A stretch of 64,000 nucleotides of DNA from Deltaproteobacteria bacterium (GTDB lineage: Bacteria > Myxococcota_A > Polyangia > Fen-1088), in the NCBI GenBank assembly GCA_016935975.1, contig JAFGPX010000003.1, forward strand, positions 15,455 through 79,454. The letters run 5' to 3'. Below are positions 35,696-45,006 of the stretch, piece after piece. The notes beneath the pieces are model-generated. The model had not been told where the DNA came from and made no database searches. It saw only the letters and a program-made list of their open reading frames with translations. A program made the translations under genes and the position numbers. Numbering within the stretch: the first letter of the stretch is position 1; each line of letters begins with the position of its first letter.

Positions 35696-35989
35696 CTAGT
35701 TCTTGGCGGCCTTGCTCGCGAGCGTGGCGAGCTGATCTTCCAGGTGCTGGATGGTCGTGCGGAGGGTGACGACCTCGTCGTGGGTCGCCAGACCGAAAGC
35801 GCCGGCGGCCACGCGCCCCGCCTTGTCCAGGTTCGACTTCACCGTACCGCCCACGCTCATGGCCTTCACGGCCGCGTTCATCAGACGGGGATCGCTCACC
35901 CACTTCGAGACGAGAGGACTGCCCGCCAGCTTGAAGGCCTGGCCGACGACTACATCCTTGATCGATTTTAGGACCGCCATGGTGGTCAC
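35696..35989 (-). CDS. UbiK/BMFP-family accessory protein (YqiC-like)
   Basis: 97 aa. The C-terminal GLATHDEVVTLRTTIQHLEDQLATLASK matches the UbiK coiled-coil motif (LVTREEF...L..L). Confidence 0.55.
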   Translation of the reverse strand: MTTMAVLKSIKDVVVGQAFKLAGSPLVSKWVSDPRLMNAAVKAMSVGGTVKSNLDKAGRVAAGAFGLATHDEVVTLRTTIQHLEDQLATLASKAAKN

Positions 35990-36066
35990 CTTCTGCCATG
36001 GGCACCGGATTCGGTCAACGCGTATGCCGCAGTCCCGACATTCGTGCTAGACGGGGTGATTCCCGA

Positions 36067-37062
36067 ATGTCGTTCCTGAACAGTCCCTTCGCGAAGCTCG
36101 CCGTCTCACTGGTTCTGCTCGCCGCACTGGCGCCCGTGGTGGTGCTGTTCTTCCGCAAGACCTGGGCCGAACTCGACAGAGAGGCCTTGCTCTTGCGCGA
36201 GCAACGCGGCGACAAGTCCCTTCTCGACGCGCGCGTGGTGCTCACCTTCGTGCTCGGCGCGCTCTCGCTTCTACTCATCAATTTCTACGGGTCGCGCGAC
36301 TTCTACGACGGCAGCGTGCAGCCCCTCCTGCAGCGCTGGTCGGAGCGTCACCCCGGCATCCTCGATTTCGGTTTCTACCGGGATCTCTACTACCGCGTGT
36401 TCTGGGGCGTCTCGCGCTACGGGGCCTACCTGCTGCCACTCGTCGTTTGGCCGTTCGTCTTCCGGGAGAGCCCTCTCGACCTGGGGCTGCGGTTCCGTGG
36501 CTTTCGCGAGCATTGCTGGATCTACCTGCTGTGTCTGGTGATCGTGATTCCGGCCTTGGTCGCGGTTTCCTACACGCCGGATTTCAGCCGTTACTACCCG
36601 ATGTATCCCTTGGCGGGGCGCTCGTGGGTCGACTTCTGGGTTTGGGAAATCGTGTACATCGGCCAGTTCCTCGCCCTCGAGATCTTCTTCCGTGGTTTCT
36701 GGCTGCGCGGCGCCCGCATTCTGGGTACCGGCGCCATCTTCTCCATGATGGTGCCCTACGTGATGATCCACTTTCAGAAGCCTTACCTCGAAGCCTGCGG
36801 CGCCATCGTGGCCGGGGTGGTGCTCGGCTCGCTGTCCATGAGGACGGGGAGCATCTGGGCGGGCTTCCTGATTCACTCCACCGTGGCCATCCTCATGGAT
36901 CTGCTGGCACTGCAGCAAAGCGGTCGCATGCCCATACGAATGTTTCCCAGCTCGTTGTCACTCGTCCGGTTCACCCACACGACGACCGTCTTGTGGAGCG
37001 TGTGGGCGGCGTCGCTCGTCGGGCTCGTGCTGCTGTTGCGCCGACGGAGAAGGCGGACCTAG
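36067..37062 (+). CDS. CPBP-family intramembrane metalloprotease (CAAX protease-like)
   Basis: EIFFRGF(W) motif 1, a conserved His in FLIHSTVAIL, and eight predicted TM segments. Start at MSFLNSPF. Confidence 0.7.
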   Translation: MSFLNSPFAKLAVSLVLLAALAPVVVLFFRKTWAELDREALLLREQRGDKSLLDARVVLTFVLGALSLLLINFYGSRDFYDGSVQPLLQRWSERHPGILDFGFYRDLYYRVFWGVSRYGAYLLPLVVWPFVFRESPLDLGLRFRGFREHCWIYLLCLVIVIPALVAVSYTPDFSRYYPMYPLAGRSWVDFWVWEIVYIGQFLALEIFFRGFWLRGARILGTGAIFSMMVPYVMIHFQKPYLEACGAIVAGVVLGSLSMRTGSIWAGFLIHSTVAILMDLLALQQSGRMPIRMFPSSLSLVRFTHTTTVLWSVWAASLVGLVLLLRRRRRRT

Positions 37063-37349
37063 CTTCCTGGTCGCCCGGCCACGCGAAGCACGGTCGCGGT
37101 CTGGCCCACCCTGCCTTCCCCCCCGTCCCCGATCACTATCCAAGCGAGATGTGAGAGAGCCGTTTGTGTCGAGATCGGGAACGGGGGCGAGGGCAGGACG
37201 GGCTAGATGGGGAATATCCTCAGGGTGCGCCGGGCAAGCTCGACGAACTTGGGCGCCGGGTGACAAAGAGTTGGCCGGGACAAGAGCAGGGGCTTGCGCA
37301 CGGACCGCCCGAGGGCTGCCGTGCAGGTCGGAATGGAGGGGGATGGTGC

Positions 37350-38648
37350 ATGGCCTGCAAAGCCTGCCTGCTGTTGTCCCGGCCGGCGGAAAATCACAAC
37401 CATCCTGATGAGAAACTAGCTGAGGCAAGCTTCCCGGGTAAGCGGACCATCCCTGATTTGCGTGTCCGTGAGGCGGCAAGTACGTCTGTCAGGTTTTGTC
37501 CTACATGCGCGTTAGGGGCGGTCGAGGTCTGCATCCGCTACAATGGCCTGGCCTTGGCCGCCACGACCGCGACAACTGCATCGACGCGCGACCGGCTCAT
37601 CGTCGCGCTCGCCGCTGCCGACGCGGCGGGCCGGGCCGGCCGCAACGCCGCCGCCTTGGTCGCTTTCGACGAGCCGATGGCGGTGTTCGAGTGGCTGGGA
37701 GCGGGCAAAGCGCTGGTTGTGCTCGACCACGCCGGTATTCCCGAGGGGGAGCTCGGGGCCTATCTCGACCGCGTGCTCGGGGCGCACGAAAAGGGGCTGC
37801 TCTTCATTGCCGTGGTCGGCGGGGGCACTGCGGTGGATGAGGCGATGCGCGCTGCGGATGCCCGGGCGCGCAACCGCGATCACATCGGTCTTTACCACGT
37901 GGACGAAACCGGCCGCACCTGTCGCGTGGCCGGTCGCCGCCTGCCCGAGCTGGAGAAGGCGGGCGGGGCGTTGCCGGAAGTGGCCCCGCTGTCGCAGGGG
38001 GACGTGGAAGCCATCGTCGAGCGCGGACGCCGGGAGCGCCTCGAAACCGTGGAATTCCTGCGCCGGAACTCGTATCGCTTTCCCCAAGCCACCTTCGCCA
38101 TCATCGCCCTTTGCTTTCTCCTTTTCGCCGCGACGGCCGCCAACGACGAGCGGGGCCGCTGGCTGTTCGATCGGCTCTGCAACTGCCCGGCCGGGATCCG
38201 CAGCGGCGAGGTGTGGCGGTTGCTCACCTACGCGCTACTGCACGATACCCGCAACCTGACGCACCTTATTGTGAACATGGTTTCGCTCTACAGCCTGGGC
38301 AGTTTCCTCGAGCCCTTGCTCGGCCGCCGTCGCCTGGTGTCGATGTTTGTCCTGTCCGCCCTGGCGGGCGGCGTGGCGAGCGCCCTCTTCACCCGCGCCA
38401 TCTCCGTCGGCGCCTCGGGGGCCGTCTGGGGGCTCATGGGCGCGACCTTCGGGCTCCTCGCCGGCCGGCAGCGGGTCTTTCCGGCGCTCATCGCCCGCAG
38501 CTTGCGCCAAAGGCTGCTGGTCATCCTGGCTCTCAACGTCGCGGTGTCTTTCTTGCCCGGCATCGACCGCTACTGCCACTTCGGCGGCGGCATCGCCGGC
38601 TACCTCCTAGCCCTCCACTTCGCGCGCCGCCCGGCAGAGCGGGCGTGA
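37350..38648 (+). CDS. Rhomboid-family intramembrane serine protease with N-terminal cytoplasmic extension
   Basis: The C-terminal half has WRLLTYALLH, the active-site GASGAVWGLMGA (GxSG) and the catalytic His in HFGGGIAGYL. The N-terminal about 250 aa include a CPTC zinc-ribbon-like element. The start is uncertain: ATG at 37350 or TTG at 37458. Confidence 0.7.
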   Translation: MACKACLLLSRPAENHNHPDEKLAEASFPGKRTIPDLRVREAASTSVRFCPTCALGAVEVCIRYNGLALAATTATTASTRDRLIVALAAADAAGRAGRNAAALVAFDEPMAVFEWLGAGKALVVLDHAGIPEGELGAYLDRVLGAHEKGLLFIAVVGGGTAVDEAMRAADARARNRDHIGLYHVDETGRTCRVAGRRLPELEKAGGALPEVAPLSQGDVEAIVERGRRERLETVEFLRRNSYRFPQATFAIIALCFLLFAATAANDERGRWLFDRLCNCPAGIRSGEVWRLLTYALLHDTRNLTHLIVNMVSLYSLGSFLEPLLGRRRLVSMFVLSALAGGVASALFTRAISVGASGAVWGLMGATFGLLAGRQRVFPALIARSLRQRLLVILALNVAVSFLPGIDRYCHFGGGIAGYLLALHFARRPAERA

Positions 38649-38691
38649 GGGATTCACCACAGAGAGCACAGAGACAACAGAGGCCGGAGGA

Positions 38692-38729
38692 GAAGGGGGA
38701 GGCTTTCGGATTTCGATCCCGCCCCCTTC
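38692..38729. terminator. Inverted repeat (8-bp G/C stem) between convergent genes
   Basis: gaaggggg...cccccttc sits between the rhomboid stop (38648) and the stop of the minus-strand lipoprotein (38774). No U-run follows. Confidence 0.3.
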
Positions 38730-38773
38730 CTTCTCCGCGTTCTCTTCAGCCTTTGTGTGCTTTGTGGCGAAGG

Positions 38774-40279
38774 CTATTTGGCCCGCAGGCGGGCCTTGAG
38801 GCGCGCGAGCTCGGCTTTGAGGCGCGCGAGCTCTTCGCCCTGCGCCTGGACCGCCGCCACCAGCATGCTGGCGTAACCGTAGAGATCCACCATGTTTCCG
38901 TCGCGATCCACGGCCGGGCTGCCGGGCACGTCGTCGATGATGAAACCGAGGTGGCGTTTGCCGGCCAGGGCCGGATCCTTGTACTCGTAGGTGGCGAGCT
39001 TGAAGTCCGCGAGAGCGCGCGCGATGCGCTTGCGTTCGGCCGCGCTGACGTAGGCGATGTTCTTTTTCGCCCGACGCACGGACACGGGGCAGGGGCCGCC
39101 GTCCGCTTGGTACCAGGTGCCCTTCCGGCACAGGCGCGCCCCACCCGCGCCGCAGGCGTAGGTGCAGGTCTTGCCGTCGGCCGGGCACCAGCTGCCGAGC
39201 CTCGGGATGCCCGCCGGGCAGGCGGGGTCGGGGTTCGGCGCTGCGCAGTGCCACGTGGGATCGCCGGTGCACGTGGCGACCGGCCCGTCCATGCAATTCG
39301 TGCACTCGCACGAGAGATCCGCGTACACGCAATAGGCCCCATCCGGAGTGCAGGCTGTCCCTGCGGCTTCCAGGCGCGTGTCCGGACAGGTCACGGGCGG
39401 GAGCTGGGCGCATCTGGGCTGCCAGACGCTCCATTGGCCAGCGGTGCAGGTCGTGGTGGCCCGGCACTCGGGGCGCGGGTCGGGGCCGTACTCGCAGATC
39501 AGGCCTTCGATACAGGGCCAGGCTTCAATCTGCGCAAGCTCGGTGGGGCAGGCTGTCGTCTGCGCCTTGCACTCGCCGTCGGCGAGCTTGGACACCCCGT
39601 GGTATTGGCGCTCGCAATCGTTCCCGTAGGTGACGCCGTCGCAGCCGCACACCGGCGCGTAGATCGCCGGGCACATGCCCGTGCCGAGCGGCACGCAGGT
39701 GCCGGCGCCGTCGAGCAGCTTCGCGCACGCGCCAGCCGGCAGTTCGCAGAACTGATCGCTCGGACACACGATGCCCAGCGCGGAGCCGCAGGCGCGACCG
39801 GTGCTGCCTCCGGCGCCAGTCTTGCCACCGGTACCCGGTGCGCCTCCCCGACGGAAAACCGTGCCGCTGCTGGAGCTGCCGCCGGTGGCAGCGCCGCCGG
39901 TGCCGGGCACGCCGCCAGAAGCCGGCGCCCCGCCGGTGCCGGGCACGCCGCCCGAGCCAACTAAGCCGCCGGTGCCGAGCAGGCCGCCGGTCCCAAGCAG
40001 GCCGCCGGTGCCGAGCAGGCCGCCGGCGCCGGATGCCCCGGCCATTCCAGCTCCGCCGCCGGTTCCGAGCGCGCCGTCGAGACCCAGGACCCCGCCCGTG
40101 CCGGGAACGCTGCCGGCATCGAGCGCGCCGCCTCCACCGAAAAGCCCGCCGGCACCCATGGCGCCGCCAGTGCCCCACGCGCCGCCGCTTGCATAGCCGA
40201 CCAGCCCTTCCTTCTTGCACGCGGTCGTGGCGAACAACAGCGATAGCCCAAACCCGATGACGAGCGCTTGTTTCTGCAT
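38774..40279 (-). CDS. Lipoprotein with Gly-rich collagen-like repeats, Kazal-type inhibitor domain, Cys-rich module and C-terminal peptidase-S74 intramolecular chaperone domain
   Basis: Start MQKQALVIGFGLSLLFATTAC (lipobox). Repeats GTGGLLGTGGLLGTGGLL. Kazal signature CPAIYAPVCGCDGVTYGNDCERQYHGVSKLADGEC. C-terminal KKNIAYVSAAERKRIARALADFKLATYEYK...GFIIDDVP...DLYGYASMLVAAVQAQGEELARLKAEL matches pfam13884 (the endosialidase/tail-fibre chaperone). Confidence 0.75.
   Translation of the reverse strand: MQKQALVIGFGLSLLFATTACKKEGLVGYASGGAWGTGGAMGAGGLFGGGGALDAGSVPGTGGVLGLDGALGTGGGAGMAGASGAGGLLGTGGLLGTGGLLGTGGLVGSGGVPGTGGAPASGGVPGTGGAATGGSSSSGTVFRRGGAPGTGGKTGAGGSTGRACGSALGIVCPSDQFCELPAGACAKLLDGAGTCVPLGTGMCPAIYAPVCGCDGVTYGNDCERQYHGVSKLADGECKAQTTACPTELAQIEAWPCIEGLICEYGPDPRPECRATTTCTAGQWSVWQPRCAQLPPVTCPDTRLEAAGTACTPDGAYCVYADLSCECTNCMDGPVATCTGDPTWHCAAPNPDPACPAGIPRLGSWCPADGKTCTYACGAGGARLCRKGTWYQADGGPCPVSVRRAKKNIAYVSAAERKRIARALADFKLATYEYKDPALAGKRHLGFIIDDVPGSPAVDRDGNMVDLYGYASMLVAAVQAQGEELARLKAELARLKARLRAK
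39964..40035. repeat. 18-bp tandem repeat x4 (encodes GTGGLL on the minus strand)
   Basis: Four consecutive 18-bp units: three are gccgccggt(g/c)cc(g/a)agcag (39964-40017) and the fourth (40018-40035, gccgccggcgccggatgc) is diverged in its 3' half. Confidence 0.7.
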
Positions 40280-40317
40280 GGTGCCTCCCAAGACGCGGAA
40301 CGCGCGAAAGTCCGTCC

Positions 40318-42366
40318 CTATTCTGCCTCGGGTTCGGCGGATGGGACAGGAACATCACCAACCGCGGGCGCGGGCCGTGACGGCGATTGCGAGCGGACCG
40401 CGAAGTACTCGCGCACGGCGCGGGCCGCCGGCTCGTTCATGCCCGGCACGGCGAGCAGCTCCGCGAGCGAGGCCTCGCCCACTTTCCCGAGGCTGCCGAA
40501 ATGCCGCAGCAGGGCCCGCTGGCGCAGCGGGCCGACCGAGGGAATACCGGCCAGGGCCGAACGCAGGGTGCGGCGCTTGCGCTGGCTGCGATGGAATCCG
40601 ACGGCGAACCGATGGGCTTCGTCGCGCAGGCGGGCGAGCACGAACATCTCCGCGCTCGTGGCGCCAATGGGGATGGGATCCTTGGCGTGAGCCAGGAACA
40701 CGCGATCGGGCCGGCGTTGCGTTGCCTCCGCGCCTTCCGTCCGCGCGGCGTCCGGGTTGGCGTCGTTGCCGGGTCCATCGCGCTCCTTGGCGAGCGCCAC
40801 GATGGGCAGACCGCTTCCCGGTCGCACGTCGATACCCGTATCGCGCGCCGCCGCCAGAGCCACCGAGAGCTGGCCCTTGCCGCCGTCCACGACCAAGAGG
40901 TCGGGGAGGCGCCAGGGCCCATTCTCGGCTTCCGCCTCTCGGCCGCGCCGAAACCGGCGCGAGAGCACCTCGTACATGGAGGCGAAATCGTCGCCGCCCT
41001 GGGCATGCTTGATGCGGTAGGTGCGGTAGCGGGCTTTCGCCGGCTCGCCGTTCTCGAACACGACCATGGACGCCACGACATCGGCCCCTTGGATGTGCGA
41101 GATGTCGAAGCACTCGATCACGCGCGGCGGACGGGGGAGGTTCAGGCGCCGCTGCAGGCGGGCGAGCGTGGTCGCGGCGTCCCGGCTGCGGTCGCGCCGG
41201 CTGGCGAAGCTCGACAAGGCGTTCTTGCGCGCCAGCTCGACCAGCGCGCGGCGCGGGCCGCGCCGGGGAACCAGGACGGAGGCCTTCTTGCCGCGCTTGT
41301 CGGAGAGCCACTCGGCCTTGACGTCCCGGTCGGCGATGGCAAAGGGCAGCAGCACCTCGGCGGGGGCATCGGTCTGCAAATCGTAGAAGAGACCGAGGAA
41401 GCTCGACAGTATCTCGTCGTCCGGAAACTCCTGCTTGCCGAACGAGAAGGCGCGGCTGCCCAAGAGCTTTCCCTGGCGCACGAACAGCACCACGATCTCG
41501 ACCGCTTGCCCCTCGCGGCAGAAACCGACGACGTCCTGATCGACGAAAGTGTCGGCCACCACGCGCTGCGACTCCAGCACCGACGCGAGGGCGCGGATCT
41601 GATCGCGCAAGGTGGCCGCGTGCTCGAAGGCCGTGCGGGCCGAGGCCGCTTGCATGCGGCTACGCAGATCCTCGAGCAATTCGTCGCGCTTGCCTTCGAG
41701 GAAGAGGGCGACGAAGCGCACCTGCTCGGCGTAGTCGTCGGCCGGCACGTCGAACACGCAAGGGGCGAGACAGCGTTTGATCTGGTACTGCAAGCACGGG
41801 CGCTGCCGGGTGCGCAGGGTGTGGTCGGTGCACACGCGCAGCTGGAAGTGGCGATTGACCACGCGCAGGGCCTCGCGGCACGCGGTCGCCGAGTGGTAGG
41901 GACCGAAGTAGCGTGCGCCGTCGTCGGCGATCCTGCGCACGACTTCCAGCCGCGGCCAGGCCGCCCGCGTATCCAGGCGCAGCACCAAGAAGTTCTTGTC
42001 GTCGGTCAGCTTGACGTTGAAGCGTGGCTGGTGCTGCTTGACGAGGTGGTTCTCGAGCAGCAGGGCCTCCTTCTCGTTGTTCGTGACCACGGTTTCGATG
42101 TCGGCCACGACGCCCTCGAGCAGGGGCACGAAGGCGCGGCTATCCCCGCTCGCGGGCTGGAAGTACTGGCGGACGCGGTTGCGCAGGTTGACGGCCTTCC
42201 CAACGTAGACGACCTTGCCGCGCCGGTCTTTCATGAGATAGACGCCCGGCTCGGTGGGCAGTCGGTCGACGATCTCGACGATGGTCCGCCGCGCGGGCGC
42301 CAGCTCGGCGTCGCGTAGTAGCGGCGCATCGAAGCGCGAGGCAGGTGGCTCGTCGGTTTCGGACAC
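40318..42366 (-). CDS. uvrC: Excinuclease ABC subunit C
   Basis: GIY-YIG N-terminus GVYLMKDRRGKVVYVGKAVNLRNRVRQYF, a UvrBC-interaction region and a C-terminal HhH (GIPSVGPLRQRALLRHFGS). 682 aa. Confidence 0.9.
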   Translation of the reverse strand: MSETDEPPASRFDAPLLRDAELAPARRTIVEIVDRLPTEPGVYLMKDRRGKVVYVGKAVNLRNRVRQYFQPASGDSRAFVPLLEGVVADIETVVTNNEKEALLLENHLVKQHQPRFNVKLTDDKNFLVLRLDTRAAWPRLEVVRRIADDGARYFGPYHSATACREALRVVNRHFQLRVCTDHTLRTRQRPCLQYQIKRCLAPCVFDVPADDYAEQVRFVALFLEGKRDELLEDLRSRMQAASARTAFEHAATLRDQIRALASVLESQRVVADTFVDQDVVGFCREGQAVEIVVLFVRQGKLLGSRAFSFGKQEFPDDEILSSFLGLFYDLQTDAPAEVLLPFAIADRDVKAEWLSDKRGKKASVLVPRRGPRRALVELARKNALSSFASRRDRSRDAATTLARLQRRLNLPRPPRVIECFDISHIQGADVVASMVVFENGEPAKARYRTYRIKHAQGGDDFASMYEVLSRRFRRGREAEAENGPWRLPDLLVVDGGKGQLSVALAAARDTGIDVRPGSGLPIVALAKERDGPGNDANPDAARTEGAEATQRRPDRVFLAHAKDPIPIGATSAEMFVLARLRDEAHRFAVGFHRSQRKRRTLRSALAGIPSVGPLRQRALLRHFGSLGKVGEASLAELLAVPGMNEPAARAVREYFAVRSQSPSRPAPAVGDVPVPSAEPEAE

Positions 42367-42892
42367 GGCCGCGCAAGTCTACCGTCGAAAGGGCGCCGGT
42401 GGCGATCACCGCCGCTGCTCTCCCCCGCCGTTTCGTCGCTACGCGCGAGGACTCCCTCGGCGGTCGCGTCATGAGGGTTCAGGCTTCAGTCTCCAGGCTT
42501 CGGGCCTAGGTGCTGGTTCGTGCGTCGGTCTCCAGGGAAGCTCGACGTCTCCGCCCGGGCGGACGAGCCGGGCGCATCCCGGGTGCTTGCTCGACGCCAC
42601 GGATCGCGCTCTCTGGAGATGCACCCTGCTCCGACCCGTTTGGCTCGATAGAGACGCTGCATGATCCGTGGCAACACGGCGCAGCGTTCGCGCTCAGGTA
42701 TGGCGCGCCAGCCGCCGATGGTATGGATGCTGCGCTCCTTGCTGCATGTCTTGGGCTGGTCGCGCGCGGATCGGAAGCGGCAAAGACAATGGGATTCGAT
42801 CTCCGGCGCCTGGTGACAGCGAGACAGACATCGCTCTCGGGAAGTCGGAGCCTGGCCGCCGGCCCGATGCCAAACGGAGGGGGGCAGCCTTC

Positions 42893-44998
42893 ATGCCGCG
42901 GATGACGCCAGAGGCGGTCGTCGGTTTTCTCAGCCAGACGGCTCTGCTTGCACCTTGTGGAACCGCCGTACTGGCCAAGCTGGCGCCGCATCTCGATCAA
43001 CGCGACATTGCCAAGGGCCAGCTTTTGCTGCAGGCCGGCGTTCCGCCAGCCAGCGTCGGCTTCCTCGTCTCCGGCCGCGCTTCGCTGCGCAGCAAGGATC
43101 CCGCGACGGGGGCCGAGAACCACCTCGACCAACTGGGGCCCGGCGACGCCATCGGCGAGATGTGTTGTGCGCTGCCGAGCGGTGGCCCCCTCTCGGTCGT
43201 GGCCGAGGAACCGTGCAGCGCTCTCTTCGTGCGCAAGGAGCACCTGAATCAAGTCATGGGCGCGGTGCCGGCCGTGGCGCAGGCGCTGGCCGCGTCGGTT
43301 TCCGCCCGCTTCGTCAAGCTGGTCCTGGCCGGCAAGGTGGGGGCAAGGGGGCCCGCTGCGGGCAGCGCGCTTGGCCAGGACGACATCCGTTTCGTCGAGG
43401 TGTCGGCCTACAGCATCTCTCGTCCGTTGCTCGATCTGGTGCCGGCTCGGGTGATTCTCTCCCACCGCATCCTGCCGCTCGAATTGCGCGGCAACCGGCT
43501 CCTGGTCGGCATGGTGAATCCCAAGCTCGACGACGCCCTGAGCGAGCTGCGCCGGGTGCTGACCACGGTCGATCCCGAGATCGCTTGCATCTCGATCGAC
43601 GACTTCAACGCCGCGGTCGCCCGCCTCAAGCTGGAGCCCGGCGAGCGGACCGGGGCGGCCGGGCGCGGGCGCGACCAGCCGCAACGGCTGGTGTACCTCG
43701 GCGAGACGCGCAAGGAGGCCGACAAGGCGCAGGTGGTGATGGGCGAGGAGGTCACGCTACTGGTCGATCGCATCCTGCTCGAGGCCATCGAGCGCGGCGC
43801 TTCGGACGTGCACATCGAGGCCGAGGCGTCCGGCCTGCGCGTGCGCTACCGCGTGCAGGGCATGATGGTGGACCGCAAGGAGCTCGTCCCGGCGTCCTTC
43901 GCCGCCGGCGTGACGGCTCGACTCAAGATCCTTTCCGAGCTCGACATCACCGAGCGCCGGATTCCCCAGGACGGACGCATCGCCGCCAGCGTGGGCAAGC
44001 GTGACCTCAACTTTCGCATCTCGACGCTGGCCACCTGTCGTGGCGAGAAGGTGGTGCTGCGCATTCTCGATCCGACCGACGTCATGCGGCCACTCGAGCA
44101 CATCTTCGTCGAGCCGCGCGTCTTGGAGCTGGTCAAGCGAGCGGTCGCGGTGCCGCACGGAGCCGTCCTGGTGGCCGGCCCGACCGGCAGCGGCAAGTCG
44201 TCCACGCTCTACTCGATGCTCAACCAGCGCAAGACGTCGCGGCCGGACAACAACATCGTCACCGTCGAGGATCCGGTCGAGTTCATGTTCCCGGGCCTGA
44301 CCCAGACGCCGATCAATCCCAAGATCGGGCTCGACTACGCGGCCGCGCTGCGGGCGCTTCTGCGCCAGGATCCCGACGTCATCATGGTGGGCGAGCTGCG
44401 CGACGGTCCCAGCACCAACATCGCCATCGAGGCGGCGCTGACCGGGCACCTGGTGCTGTCGTCCATGCACGGCAACACCGGCATCGCGGTGCTGCAGCGG
44501 CTCGGCCACTTCGGCATCCCGCCGATCTTGCTGTCGCAGGCGCTCAACCTCATCGTGGTGCAGCGGCTGGCGCCGCGCCTGTGTCCGAATTGCGTGACCG
44601 AGGACGAAGTTCCCGCAGACATGATGGGCGACCTGCGGCGTTTGCATCTGGCCGCGCCGGCGCCAGAACGGTCGCAAGCGCCGGTCTCGGCCACCATGAT
44701 CCGCAACCTGGACCGGCTGCGCCTGCTCGATCCGGGCGCGGGCGTGCAGCGCTTGCCGCAGGCGGCGGGCTGCGACGCCTGCGAGCGCACGGGCCGCAAG
44801 GGCCGCGTGCCCGTGGTCGAGGTGTTGGCCTTGCACGACGACATGCGCGCGCTGCTGGCTTCCGGCGCGCCGCCCGGCGAGTTGCTCAAGCAGGCCGAGG
44901 CGGCCGGGCAATTCGTGTCCTTCACGCAGTACGCGCGCCTGCTGATGGCGCGCAAGCTGCTGGCCCCGAGCGATGCCGTTCACATCGTGGCCGAGTGA
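42893..44998 (+). CDS. GspE/PilB-family secretion ATPase with N-terminal cyclic-nucleotide-binding (cNMP) domain
   Basis: The N-terminal about 150 aa are cNMP-like (GPGDAIGEMCCAL...SVVAEE). Then a GspE_N-like region (ILPLELRGNRLLVGMVNP). Walker A GPTGSGKSS, the Asp/His boxes and the tetracysteine CPNC...CDAC are all GspE/PilB features. Confidence 0.85.
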   Translation: MPRMTPEAVVGFLSQTALLAPCGTAVLAKLAPHLDQRDIAKGQLLLQAGVPPASVGFLVSGRASLRSKDPATGAENHLDQLGPGDAIGEMCCALPSGGPLSVVAEEPCSALFVRKEHLNQVMGAVPAVAQALAASVSARFVKLVLAGKVGARGPAAGSALGQDDIRFVEVSAYSISRPLLDLVPARVILSHRILPLELRGNRLLVGMVNPKLDDALSELRRVLTTVDPEIACISIDDFNAAVARLKLEPGERTGAAGRGRDQPQRLVYLGETRKEADKAQVVMGEEVTLLVDRILLEAIERGASDVHIEAEASGLRVRYRVQGMMVDRKELVPASFAAGVTARLKILSELDITERRIPQDGRIAASVGKRDLNFRISTLATCRGEKVVLRILDPTDVMRPLEHIFVEPRVLELVKRAVAVPHGAVLVAGPTGSGKSSTLYSMLNQRKTSRPDNNIVTVEDPVEFMFPGLTQTPINPKIGLDYAAALRALLRQDPDVIMVGELRDGPSTNIAIEAALTGHLVLSSMHGNTGIAVLQRLGHFGIPPILLSQALNLIVVQRLAPRLCPNCVTEDEVPADMMGDLRRLHLAAPAPERSQAPVSATMIRNLDRLRLLDPGAGVQRLPQAAGCDACERTGRKGRVPVVEVLALHDDMRALLASGAPPGELLKQAEAAGQFVSFTQYARLLMARKLLAPSDAVHIVAE

Positions 44999-45006
44999 GG
45001 AATCAG

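Noticed and set aside
38111-39964. ORF 38111..39964(+) of 617 aa
   Set aside because: Overlaps the rhomboid gene 3' end and is antisense to the Kazal/S74 lipoprotein. Composition is R/A/G/P-rich.
42366-42893. 527-nt intergenic region between uvrC and the GspE-like gene as a possible tRNA or ncRNA locus
   Set aside because: No T-loop-like GGTTCGAATCC-type element or cloverleaf was visible by eye. The small ORFs here are R/P-rich. Not callable without tRNAscan or Infernal.
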